DNA of 45,310 nucleotides from an uncultured Ignavibacteriales bacterium (GTDB lineage Bacteria; Zixibacteria; MSB-5A5; GN15; FEB-12): NCBI GenBank assembly GCA_964630485.1, contig CAZVUZ010000007.1, positions 1 to 45,310 of the forward strand, read 5' to 3'. Shown piece by piece: positions 17,016 to 25,747 of this stretch (position 1 is its first letter; each line of letters starts with the position of its first letter). The notes under the pieces were generated by a model. It saw only the letters and a program-made list of their open reading frames with translations, ran no database searches and was not told where the DNA came from. The position numbers and the translations under genes were made by a program.

Positions 17016-19118
17016 CTATTCTTCGACTACCACCGAGTAGGCGAGATTGATACCACCGCGGGGGTCGGTATCGGAGGCCACAACCGGATATTCACCGGGA
17101 GCGCCCGGGACAAGCCAGGAGAAGTAGGCTTCGCCATAGGCGTTGGTTTCTACTGTAGCCGGACTCGGAGTGCCGGAGGGAACCGTAATGTTAAGCGTAT
17201 GGTCGGCCAGCGGATTGCCGAAGCGGTCTTTTACGACGACGTTGAAATTGGCCACCTCACCGCCTACGGCCGCACCCTGGACACTGATACTGGAGTTGCC
17301 AGAGAAGGCCGGACCGGTGGTCATGAGAACGGTGAACGATGTCGCCGCACCGGCTTCGTGCCAATAGGTAACTACGTCCACGGCGCCGATGCCGTCATCG
17401 TTGCCGCCGGTAACGCTGTAGTCCATATCCAACACCGCCGAGCGGAGTTCGACGCGGGCATTGGCCCCGAAGCAACCGTCTTCCAGCGAACCGCCGCCCA
17501 CGATCAGGTAGTTGGCGTCGGCATTGAACTGGGTGCCGCCGATGACCGGATTGCCGTTCAGATCGTAACCGCTCACCCAGACATAGAACTTGCTCTTGCC
17601 GTCAGCCAGAATCGAGCTGGGGACTCCCGAGACAATCAGAGTATCCGGGAAGTGGGTGTTGAAGAACATCGAGGTGTCGACGACGGTACCACCGGAGGTC
17701 TCGGCAATGACGAGCACCCGGCCGTTGGCCGTAGCGACGTTGTTACCGGAGATCCATTTGCTGGTGGCGATTCCCTCTTGATTGCCGGTGCGTTCCTGAT
17801 GCGAAACCATGGTGCCTTCATCGGTCGAGAAGTAAACCACGGTGGAATCATTGACCGGGTTGAGGTAAACGTCCGAGACAACCGCGACGACGTTATTGTA
17901 TTCCGCGACATTGTCCCAGTAATCGACATTACATTCTTCGGCGCCGACCACGATATACACCGCCGGGCCGGCCGCAATCAGGATCTGGGCGGCGTTTGAC
18001 AAAACGGCATCGGATTGGGCGCGAACACGTAGCGTGCCGGACCGGGTACCCGAGTGAATCGAGGCCGAGGCAACACCCTGGCTGTTGGTGACGGTCTCGT
18101 AGGGACCATAACCGACGACGTCAAGGTGTTCGGAGCCACCGGGGCCGTCGGTGATAACGAACGACACCGGGACGCCCTCGGGCACCGGGTTGCCGTTTAT
18201 ATCGTAGACGGTGGCGCGCAACCAGCCCATCTCTACGCCGCCCGTCTGAGTTACCGACAGGCTGAGCGAATCGGACGCCAGGTAGATGAAGTTTGGCGAA
18301 GCATCAGGAGACACCTGCACGGTGGCCTCGGCGCTTCCGTATATGCCATTATCATCGACAGTGGCTTTGATGTAGGCTGTCTGGGCATCATTGCCGGAGA
18401 TGAAAGTGACGGAAACCTCGCCACCGGTAGTGGTCGCTGTCGAAGGTATGAACCCGGAAGCATCCCACTGGCCATTGGCATTCACGTCCGAGACCAGGGA
18501 GTCTTGCCCGGCCGTCCAGTAACCGTTGCCATCGAGATCGACGAACTTTTCACCGGCGGTAAATTTGACCAGTGTCTCGTCGGGAGCCGGCTGACCGAAG
18601 GCATCGCGAACCGCGACGGTCACGGTGGCCGTATCGGCACCGCTGGCCAGGAGCAGGCTTGGCGTCACGGCGATATCGATATTGCCGCTACCCACCTGCT
18701 GTGTTGCCGTAACTTCCGCTCCCACCGAGGTCGATGCAATTTCGTCGCCGAGGTCGGCGCTGACGGAGAAAAGGACGTTGCCGATGGACGTGGCCGTGAA
18801 AACACTGGCCGCCACACCGCCATCATCTGTGAGCGCCGTTTCGGGAGTGAAGTAGCCGGCGTCGGTCGGGGTGACCTCAAAGGTGACGGTGCGATTCGCC
18901 ACCGCCGCACCACCGGCGTCAACCGTGGCTTCCACGATAGTCGTGGAGTTGACGCTGAACGAGGATGGGCTGGCCGAGACCGTGATAGTCACTTCGTCGA
19001 CAGCCGTTTCCTCCAGCTTGCTTTTTGAGTCGCATCCCATCATGAGCAAAAGCCCGAAAGCTACCATAACGGCGGCCATCATCACCAGCGACATGCGGCT
19101 CTTATTGACTTTGAGCAT
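17016..19118 (-). CDS. invasin/intimin-like (Big_1) repeat lipoprotein
   Basis: 700 aa from ATG 19118 (SD AGGAG; alternative start 19139); lipobox LMMG-C; about six Ig-like repeats sharing V.D..GNP.....V.F; DLDGNG/DVNANG insertion. Confidence 0.82.
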   Translation of the reverse strand: MLKVNKSRMSLVMMAAVMVAFGLLLMMGCDSKSKLEETAVDEVTITVSASPSSFSVNSTTIVEATVDAGGAAVANRTVTFEVTPTDAGYFTPETALTDDGGVAASVFTATSIGNVLFSVSADLGDEIASTSVGAEVTATQQVGSGNIDIAVTPSLLLASGADTATVTVAVRDAFGQPAPDETLVKFTAGEKFVDLDGNGYWTAGQDSLVSDVNANGQWDASGFIPSTATTTGGEVSVTFISGNDAQTAYIKATVDDNGIYGSAEATVQVSPDASPNFIYLASDSLSLSVTQTGGVEMGWLRATVYDINGNPVPEGVPVSFVITDGPGGSEHLDVVGYGPYETVTNSQGVASASIHSGTRSGTLRVRAQSDAVLSNAAQILIAAGPAVYIVVGAEECNVDYWDNVAEYNNVVAVVSDVYLNPVNDSTVVYFSTDEGTMVSHQERTGNQEGIATSKWISGNNVATANGRVLVIAETSGGTVVDTSMFFNTHFPDTLIVSGVPSSILADGKSKFYVWVSGYDLNGNPVIGGTQFNADANYLIVGGGSLEDGCFGANARVELRSAVLDMDYSVTGGNDDGIGAVDVVTYWHEAGAATSFTVLMTTGPAFSGNSSISVQGAAVGGEVANFNVVVKDRFGNPLADHTLNITVPSGTPSPATVETNAYGEAYFSWLVPGAPGEYPVVASDTDPRGGINLAYSVVVEE

Positions 19119-19250
19119 GACCTCTCCTGATTCTATCATTTTTACTTATTTCCTTCGAAACCCCTGTGTGCGCGCTCATAGCCCGCTAAAGGCGGGAGGC
19201 CCGCCGGACAAACCGGAAGACCTCCCTCAATTTCTATATTGCCCTGGGCG

Positions 19251-20540
19251 CTATAAGCCGCCCATGGCCAGATCTTCTTCGACGATTGACGGCGTTACGA
19301 ATATCACCAGGTCACGACTGTCGACGCGCTTGCTGGTATACTTGAACAGCATACCGACAATCGGGATATCCTTGACAATCGGCACACCGTACTCAACTTC
19401 ATCCTCGTCCTCGGTGGTGAGGCCGCCGATGACCGCCGTCTGACCGTTGCTAACAATGACGTTGGTCTCGGCGTTGGAGGTATTGATTATCACGCCGTTG
19501 GGATCGTACTGGTATGTCGATCGCTCCGGCTTAAGATGCATAAGAATCTGATTCTCGGCCGTAATGTGCGGCGTTACCGTCAGCATCGTGCCAACTTCTT
19601 CAAACTTGATAACCACATTGCCGGCATCGTCGAACTGCTTGACGGGCACCTTGGCGCCCATCTGAATTCTGGCCTCGTGGTTGTCGATGGTCGTAATTTC
19701 CGGGTGGGCTATGATCTTGCCCTTGCCGTCCGACACCAGCGCATCCACCATGGCGGTGACGTCATAGCCGTGCTGCAGCGCCGTTACGGAGTAGCTAATG
19801 GCCGCCTTGCTGACGTCATTGGCGCTGATCTCCCCCGTCTGCTGGATCTCGCGACCGGATTCGGTGACATAGGTACCGCCCGCCGACCAGTCAATCCCAA
19901 GTTCCTCGAGGTCGCTGGTGTAGATTTCCAGAAGCTGGGCGGAAATCTTGATCTGCCGGGCCGGTTTGTCCAGCTCGGCGATATATTTCAGCAGGGTCGG
20001 CATGTTCTCGGGCACATCCTGGATGATGATTGAGTTTGAGCGCGAATCGGCGGTCACCTGCCCGCGATCACTCATGAGCGACTTGACGGCCAGCACGATA
20101 TCGCCAGACGTGGAATTGGAGATCTTGATAATCTTGGTATCCAACTGCACGAGCTTCTGCTGATCGGACCGGTGTTTTTCGTTCTCCATCAACTCATCCC
20201 GATAGGCCTTGAGCGGGACGACTCTAATGTAGCCCTCCTCCTCGTCAACCACGGCAAGGTTGTAGGTCCGGCCGATAATATCGAGGGCGTCACGCCACAG
20301 CACATTGTGCAGCTTGATCGTAACGGTTCCCTTGACGTCGGGATCGATGACGACATTGACACCGCCGTAATCCGACAGGAAGGTCACCACCGAGTTGATA
20401 TCAGCCGACTGGAACTGCAGGTTCTTGATGGGCGTATTCGGGTCCGCGACCTCATCGGCCGCCATCGTCACGGCGAATGCCGTAAAGATCATGAGCAGAC
20501 CCACCAGAAGGCTTTTTTTGTTAATAATCTTCAGAGACAT
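19251..20540 (-). CDS. pilQ: type IV pilus secretin (no AMIN domains)
   Basis: 429 aa; signal peptide, STN/N0 (LQFQSADI.SV..FLSDYGGVNVVI), N3 (D.RSNSIII.D), secretin (RQIKISAQLLE, GTMLTVTPHI, VPIVKDIPIVG.LF, LVIFVTP). Confidence 0.93.
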   Translation of the reverse strand: MSLKIINKKSLLVGLLMIFTAFAVTMAADEVADPNTPIKNLQFQSADINSVVTFLSDYGGVNVVIDPDVKGTVTIKLHNVLWRDALDIIGRTYNLAVVDEEEGYIRVVPLKAYRDELMENEKHRSDQQKLVQLDTKIIKISNSTSGDIVLAVKSLMSDRGQVTADSRSNSIIIQDVPENMPTLLKYIAELDKPARQIKISAQLLEIYTSDLEELGIDWSAGGTYVTESGREIQQTGEISANDVSKAAISYSVTALQHGYDVTAMVDALVSDGKGKIIAHPEITTIDNHEARIQMGAKVPVKQFDDAGNVVIKFEEVGTMLTVTPHITAENQILMHLKPERSTYQYDPNGVIINTSNAETNVIVSNGQTAVIGGLTTEDEDEVEYGVPIVKDIPIVGMLFKYTSKRVDSRDLVIFVTPSIVEEDLAMGGL

Positions 20541-20558
20541 CTAAAGTACCTGCCTTTC

Positions 20559-22118
20559 TTATTCCTCAATGCGGAGGGCAACTGTGCGGCTCCATCCGTA
20601 TTCAAATATCTGGAAATAGACTTTGTCGCTTTCAACGCGAAGGACATAGCCCTTCTGCACCCGGTCGCCGCCGTTGAGAATATAACCGTAACCGTCGGTA
20701 TCCTCGAAGAGAGCGCTGTTGGCGCCGGTGGATGATTCAATGATACCGACCAGGCGCAGGCCCTCAACATTGGGAACGCGCTGTTCCACCGGGCTGCTGT
20801 AAACCTTGGCGTCATTGATGAGAGTCTCAAACGGGTCGCGGCGGTCCGTGGCCCGATATTTCATAAGCAGGCGCTTCGGGAACTCGGCCACCATGGTGCC
20901 CTTTATCTTCTTCGCAAAGGCGGGCGTCCGGCGGAAACGCGAGGTCCGGGATTCGGTCGACGGATCCTTTTCGACCGGAGCTTTCTCCGGTGCCTGCTTC
21001 ACCTCGGAAGACGTGCTCTTAGGGTCGGAGGCGGTCGGTTTCGTTACGGCCTTCTGAGGCTCGGCTTTCGGGGTCTGAACCTTCGGGGTGTTCGCCTTCG
21101 TAGTCGGCTTGACGGCCGGTTTTGCCGGGACCGTTTTCTGCGGTTCGGGTTCGACCGCTGCAATCACGACCGGTTTTTCAGTTTTTGGAGGCTCTATAGT
21201 CTCCGGCGCAGCGACAACGACCGGCAGTTTTTCACGATCATTGAGGCCGAGCTGGTCCGCCCAGGTACCGGTGTTTTTGAACTTCAGAGGTTCTTTTGGC
21301 TTTTCCTGTACGGGCTTTGTCGCTTCCTGCTTTTTCTCAGCAGGAGGCGTGACAGCCACGGTCACCGGCTTGGCAGCCTTCTTCACCGGAGCTTTCTGCT
21401 CGACGGGGTCGAGGCTGGCGGCTTCGGACGCCACGGGATCATCCGGCTCGAAAACCGGACCGTAAAATTCGTCGGACGAAACCATGGCCGGTATCGACAC
21501 GGAGGGTTTCGATGACTTGGTCTTACCGACCAGGCTCAGTTGCCGGTCGCGGTCAAAGGCGGCATTCAATTCGCCGGCCGTCTTTTCTGACGGTTTGGCT
21601 TTCTCGTCCACCTTGGCGACGGGGCTCTTCGGTGCAGTTACCGTTACCGTGGGCGCCGAAGCATTATCGACCTGAGTGGCCAGCCAGGCTGAAGACGACC
21701 AGGCCGCGAAGGGTTGGGCGGTCTTGTCCGGAAATACCACCGTTACCGATTTGGCATCGGACTGGACCCGGTACACGGTTTCATGCTGCATATCAAAAAC
21801 GAGGCGCACAACCTGTTCGGGCTTCACCGAGTATTGGCTAGTGCGAATCCCGCTGATAACGCATGACGGCAGGTCGATAAATTCCTTCCGACCCAGGTGA
21901 TGCGTGGCAGCCAGAATATCGACGATAACCCGGAACGGGCGACCGTCCCTGGCAACCTCGGTCTGGTGCGTAAACCGCACCGTGCCGTCGATATCAACCC
22001 GTGCGGCTGTGTTTCCGTTTTCGAAGTTCATCTCGACGTTGGTGACACGCGAAGCGGCCAGCGTCACCGAAGCGGCGAGGAGAACAGCGACAAAGAGTAG
22101 ACAGGCTGATTTTCTCAT
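20559..22118 (-). CDS. AMIN domain + Pro/Lys/Ala-rich linker + PilP-like domain fusion
   Basis: 519 aa; SPI-type signal; AMIN-like residues ~24-130 (P.RVIVDI, IRTSQY..P..VVRLVFD); low-complexity linker; C-terminal RRDPF..L, L.LVGII, ALFED..G.GYI...GD typical of PilP; lies between pilO and pilQ. Confidence 0.82.
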   Translation of the reverse strand: MRKSACLLFVAVLLAASVTLAASRVTNVEMNFENGNTAARVDIDGTVRFTHQTEVARDGRPFRVIVDILAATHHLGRKEFIDLPSCVISGIRTSQYSVKPEQVVRLVFDMQHETVYRVQSDAKSVTVVFPDKTAQPFAAWSSSAWLATQVDNASAPTVTVTAPKSPVAKVDEKAKPSEKTAGELNAAFDRDRQLSLVGKTKSSKPSVSIPAMVSSDEFYGPVFEPDDPVASEAASLDPVEQKAPVKKAAKPVTVAVTPPAEKKQEATKPVQEKPKEPLKFKNTGTWADQLGLNDREKLPVVVAAPETIEPPKTEKPVVIAAVEPEPQKTVPAKPAVKPTTKANTPKVQTPKAEPQKAVTKPTASDPKSTSSEVKQAPEKAPVEKDPSTESRTSRFRRTPAFAKKIKGTMVAEFPKRLLMKYRATDRRDPFETLINDAKVYSSPVEQRVPNVEGLRLVGIIESSTGANSALFEDTDGYGYILNGGDRVQKGYVLRVESDKVYFQIFEYGWSRTVALRIEE

Positions 22119-22129
22119 CTCCTCACCTC

Positions 22130-22744
22130 CTATATTTCGATTTCCTGGAGTCTCTCGCCTTCTTTGACATAGTATGTCGAAAGCGTGAAGACGGCAGCTA
22201 TGGTCTCGGGTTTACTCATATCCTGCGATTCCTGTTCCGCCTGGGCTTCGGAAATGGCCACATTCATAGCCGTTATATCCATATCTGAGACATTAGCTAT
22301 GAACGGGTAGTTGGCCACATAGCTTATGAACTTCCCGAAGTCGTGATAGGTACCGGTCATTTTCAATTCAAATGAAGCCACATTATAGAACTGGTCGCTG
22401 CTGACCGGGAGCGGCTGAACACCGGTGATACGGGTTCCTGTCAGCGACGAGGCCGTATGCAACTGCACCAGGAAGGAGGGAATCTGTTTCACCTCCGGTA
22501 ACAGGGCCTCGATAGCGTGATAGCGCTCCAGCAGATCCTGATACTCGACCTTGAGTGCATCCAGGGACTTTGCTTTGAGTTCCACCCGACGCAGGTCAGT
22601 CGTGATCTTCTCGAACTCCTGGCTCTTCTTGGTCAACTGGTTATCGTAATTAGTGTAGGCTCGAGAATACCAGAAGTAGACCACAATAAAGAACGCCAGG
22701 ACCCCGAGGGCTATTTTCTGCGTTTTTGCGTCTTTAAAGTCCAT
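22130..22744 (-). CDS. pilO: type IV pilus assembly protein PilO
   Basis: 204 aa; N-terminal TM, coiled coil, LLPEVKQIPSFL, G.YHDFGKF..VA. Confidence 0.88.
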   Translation of the reverse strand: MDFKDAKTQKIALGVLAFFIVVYFWYSRAYTNYDNQLTKKSQEFEKITTDLRRVELKAKSLDALKVEYQDLLERYHAIEALLPEVKQIPSFLVQLHTASSLTGTRITGVQPLPVSSDQFYNVASFELKMTGTYHDFGKFISYVANYPFIANVSDMDITAMNVAISEAQAEQESQDMSKPETIAAVFTLSTYYVKEGERLQEIEI

Positions 22745-22756
22745 AACGGTGAGTCC

Positions 22757-23458
22757 CTAGTTTAAGCTTTTGTGACTGGTGGCTGTTTTAGCGTCCGTCC
22801 CGCCCTCAACCTGAGCGATATTGCCGCGACTCTCTTCATCCGAGAGGTAATGCAGATTGCAGGTCAGGACGAAATTGTATGCCTTATGATCTTCGAACTC
22901 CATCTCATTGGAAGAGACCAATTCAACATCGTCGAAGTAGTCCGATCTCATCATATTGATCATGAAGGCGGCGAGGGCATTGAGCGAAAAGGCGTACCCT
23001 TCCACTTCGGCCGGACGGCTCATCATATCCCCTGGCGGCGGCGCGCTTAACGTGTCCGCTTTGCCTTTGGTCTTCGCTCCGGAGCCGTCACCTTCTTTGA
23101 ATCGCGCCAGCCAGACATACTCCGGCACGTTCCGGGCGGTTTCCTCAAGGACTCGCACCCAAACGGAACGATGCCGATCAAGTTTCTCGACGGCCGACAT
23201 ACGATTGGTTATTTTTCCCTTAACGTCCTCAAGGGCTTCCACGATCTGAATGTCCTTTTGCAGCATCGCGGCGCGCCTGCGACCCGCCTGTATTTTCTCG
23301 TCAAGCTGGCTGATCTCGTACTTCTGGTAGAAGGTTATGCCGATGAGCATAACGATCACCGCCGCAGCGGCCGCCACGGCATAGAGACCGGTCTTGCCAA
23401 AAGAGAAATCGAACGACTTCTTGAGATATTCCTTGGGAAGTAAATTGACTTCTATCAT
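22757..23458 (-). CDS. pilN: type IV pilus assembly protein PilN
   Basis: 233 aa; MIEVNLLP (PilM-binding INLLP motif), TM, coiled coil, VPEYVWL, GYA......AFM. Confidence 0.92.
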   Translation of the reverse strand: MIEVNLLPKEYLKKSFDFSFGKTGLYAVAAAAAVIVMLIGITFYQKYEISQLDEKIQAGRRRAAMLQKDIQIVEALEDVKGKITNRMSAVEKLDRHRSVWVRVLEETARNVPEYVWLARFKEGDGSGAKTKGKADTLSAPPPGDMMSRPAEVEGYAFSLNALAAFMINMMRSDYFDDVELVSSNEMEFEDHKAYNFVLTCNLHYLSDEESRGNIAQVEGGTDAKTATSHKSLN

Positions 23459-23464
23459 CAGAAC

Positions 23465-24517
23465 TTACCTCACCTTCCGCAACGCTAAGCCGACCGAGAC
23501 GGTCAGCAGGGGTGCGATCTTTTCTGGTTGGAGATACTGGAACAACTCCGGGTCGTAATCGATATTGCGGAGCGGGTTGGCTATTTCCAGCGGCACGGCC
23601 AGGCGCGACTGGAGGAACTCGGGCAGATACGGCACCAGGGCGCCACCGCCGGAGAGAACGATCCAGTCGATGTTGTCGAACTTGGCCTGCGACTTGAAAT
23701 ACGAGAAGGCCAGATCAATGCCCGACAACAGCTCATCGGTGGAAGAAATTATCGTCGCCTTGAGCATATCCTGATCGATGGAGTCGGCCATCTCGCCCTT
23801 GATGGCCTTGGTGGCCAATTCGGGATTCAACCGGAATTCCTTCTGGATGGCGTTATAAATCTCCCGGGTCCCCGAGGAGACGTCGCGGGTGGCGTGATAA
23901 AGGCCCTCCGCCATATAAGTGATGTTGGTCACATCGTGGCCGATATTGACCAGGGCCGTCACGCGTGAAGGATCAACCTCATAGTTCTGCTCGTAGGCAT
24001 TGAAAATCGCCAGGGCGTCGTCATCGACGACAACCGGACGAAGCCCGCAGTCCTCAATCAACTGCAGGTATACCTGCAGGTACTCCTTTCTGGCCGCAAC
24101 CAGGAGCACATCCATTTTGTTGATCTCTTCATCGACTTTGATGATGTGATAACTCAGCGAAACATCATCGACATCGAACGGCGCTCTCTGCTCGGTTTCG
24201 AACAGGATGGCCTGCTCGGCTTCGGCGCCCGTCTTCTTATCAATCGTGAAACGGTCGGTGATAACACCATGGCCAGAAATCGACACGACAACATCCCTTA
24301 TCCTGGGATCAGTCTGGTCAATCAGAGACTGGATGTTGAAAATCACGGCCTCTCGATCACGGATTTCGTCGGAGACAATCGCCTCCGGCGGTAATTCACG
24401 TATCCCGATAGCGGACACGGAATGACCTGTTTTACCATGATCGAGCTTCACGAGCTTGATGGAACTGGCACCGATGTCCAGCCCGACTGTACTTTTGCTT
24501 CCGTGTGAAAACAGCAT
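23465..24517 (-). CDS. pilM: type IV pilus assembly protein PilM
   Basis: 350 aa; VGLDIGASSIKLV, actin-like fold motifs VNIGHDVT, LSGGGA, NPLRNI, VSVGLALR. Confidence 0.95.
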   Translation of the reverse strand: MLFSHGSKSTVGLDIGASSIKLVKLDHGKTGHSVSAIGIRELPPEAIVSDEIRDREAVIFNIQSLIDQTDPRIRDVVVSISGHGVITDRFTIDKKTGAEAEQAILFETEQRAPFDVDDVSLSYHIIKVDEEINKMDVLLVAARKEYLQVYLQLIEDCGLRPVVVDDDALAIFNAYEQNYEVDPSRVTALVNIGHDVTNITYMAEGLYHATRDVSSGTREIYNAIQKEFRLNPELATKAIKGEMADSIDQDMLKATIISSTDELLSGIDLAFSYFKSQAKFDNIDWIVLSGGGALVPYLPEFLQSRLAVPLEIANPLRNIDYDPELFQYLQPEKIAPLLTVSVGLALRKVR

Positions 24518-24566
24518 TGGTCACTCTTCAGCTATATTTTTCAGAGTTCTCTTATTCATTGTTAAA

Positions 24567-24593
24567 GTATCGACCATTCCCGATCTCATTTAA
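24567..24593 (-). promoter_or_regulatory. sigma28-like promoter motif (proximal) upstream of pilM
   Basis: minus strand TTAA-N15-GTCGATAC, followed by TTTAA as at the rplM site. Confidence 0.45.
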
Positions 24594-24672
24594 CATTGCC
24601 AATCAATTTTAGCCCAATCCCGGCGTTTTTGATCGGGTCTATGGTCTCAGTTACGAACTCAGTTACACCATA

Positions 24673-24700
24673 ATATCGGAAAACACGGTTTAGATCTTTA
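24673..24700 (-). promoter_or_regulatory. sigma28-like promoter motif (distal) upstream of pilM
   Basis: minus strand TAAAG-N15-TCCGATAT. Confidence 0.45.
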
Positions 24701-24741
24701 CCTCGAACCTTTAAGTATTTATGGCCGGTTCACTTGTGCAC

Positions 24742-24773
24742 AAAAAAAGCCCTCTCTCGAACAGAGAGAGGGC
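24742..24773 (-). terminator. intrinsic terminator after the prepilin gene
   Basis: minus strand GCCCTCTCTC-TGTTC-GAGAGAGGGC-TTTTTTT. Confidence 0.85.
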
Positions 24774-24808
24774 CGGCAGGGAGGATGAGAAGCCGTAGAA
24801 AAGGATCT

Positions 24809-25360
24809 CTAACCTTGATCCTCATAATAGGGATCGTGACTTTCCGCCCATTCTTCCCAGTCCGTATATGATCTTACTCGTCCGGTCGACCTGAGTATAT
24901 TGTGGAAATACTCGGTCATAGAGCCGTTGGAAAGGTAGCCGTGGGTACCGACATTGCCTCCCCCATTGAAGGCTGCCGAGCCGTTCGCGCTGAAGGTGAT
25001 CACGTCATTGACCACATCCGTATGCATGTAAGAAACTTCCGGTGGCAGAGTATCGCTGCGGATAACCGGGTCGCCGGCATCAAAAGTGTACCCGGCCGGG
25101 CTTATGGAATCCTTGAAAACTGTGATCACACCGTCATAACCGTCAAAATAGACGCCATACTGGGATTTGTCGGTGATGGCCATGGAACGGGCCAGCCTGA
25201 GGCTGGAAACGATATCTCGGTTGACGCCCCGGAATTTGGTTCTTTCGAAGGCCACCTGGAACCGAGGAACGGCCATGGCGGCAACGATGCTCACGATAAC
25301 GGCCGTGGATATTATTTCCAGCAAGGTGATTCCGCGCTGTGATAGTAATCTTGGCTTCAT
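24809..25360 (-). CDS. FimT/GspH-like prepilin (minor pilin)
   Basis: 183 aa from ATG 25360; class III signal QRG|ITLLEII with E5; SLRLARSMAI; ITFSANGSA. Confidence 0.88.
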   Translation of the reverse strand: MKPRLLSQRGITLLEIISTAVIVSIVAAMAVPRFQVAFERTKFRGVNRDIVSSLRLARSMAITDKSQYGVYFDGYDGVITVFKDSISPAGYTFDAGDPVIRSDTLPPEVSYMHTDVVNDVITFSANGSAAFNGGGNVGTHGYLSNGSMTEYFHNILRSTGRVRSYTDWEEWAESHDPYYEDQG

Positions 25361-25462
25361 TTTGCCACCTGTTACGATAAGGTTATCCGATATCTCACCG
25401 GCACGCTCGGCTAAACCAACCGGACCCGACCGGGACATCTGTCTATCTTCTGCAATTCATAT

Positions 25463-25478
25463 AGCGAACGGTGTGCCT
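25463..25478 (-). promoter_or_regulatory. putative sigma54 (-24/-12) promoter of the prepilin gene
   Basis: minus strand AGGCACACCGTTCGCT: GG-N10-GC with GGCAC, about 100 nt upstream of the ATG. Confidence 0.45.
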
Positions 25479-25747
25479 GCCGGACAACGGATCGGCGGTC
25501 CTCCGGTCTTCCCGGTTAAAAGATTGTTCTATAGATGTTTATACTCGCCGGCAAGATGGCCGAAAATCAATCCAAGGAACAAATGAGCGTCTGAGGCGAT
25601 TAAAAGTGTGGGAACCGGCCAATACCCGATGGGAAGATGACAATTTGACGTTGACTAAATCGAGATATGACATAACTTCATATATACAACAGGTCTTACG
25701 ATAAGTAATACTAATCACAGACGCATCCTTGAAAGGAAACCACGAGA

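Noticed and set aside
20541..20558. Possible frameshift splitting an AMIN-containing pilQ into two ORFs
   Set aside because: A PilP-like domain lies between AMIN and the junction, and pilQ has its own signal peptide, so the two genes are best read as genuinely separate.
20900..21700. Low-complexity AAA/CCG-rich stretch as a tandem DNA repeat or CRISPR-like array
   Set aside because: It is the coding linker of the AMIN-PilP protein; no fixed-length direct repeats with spacers.
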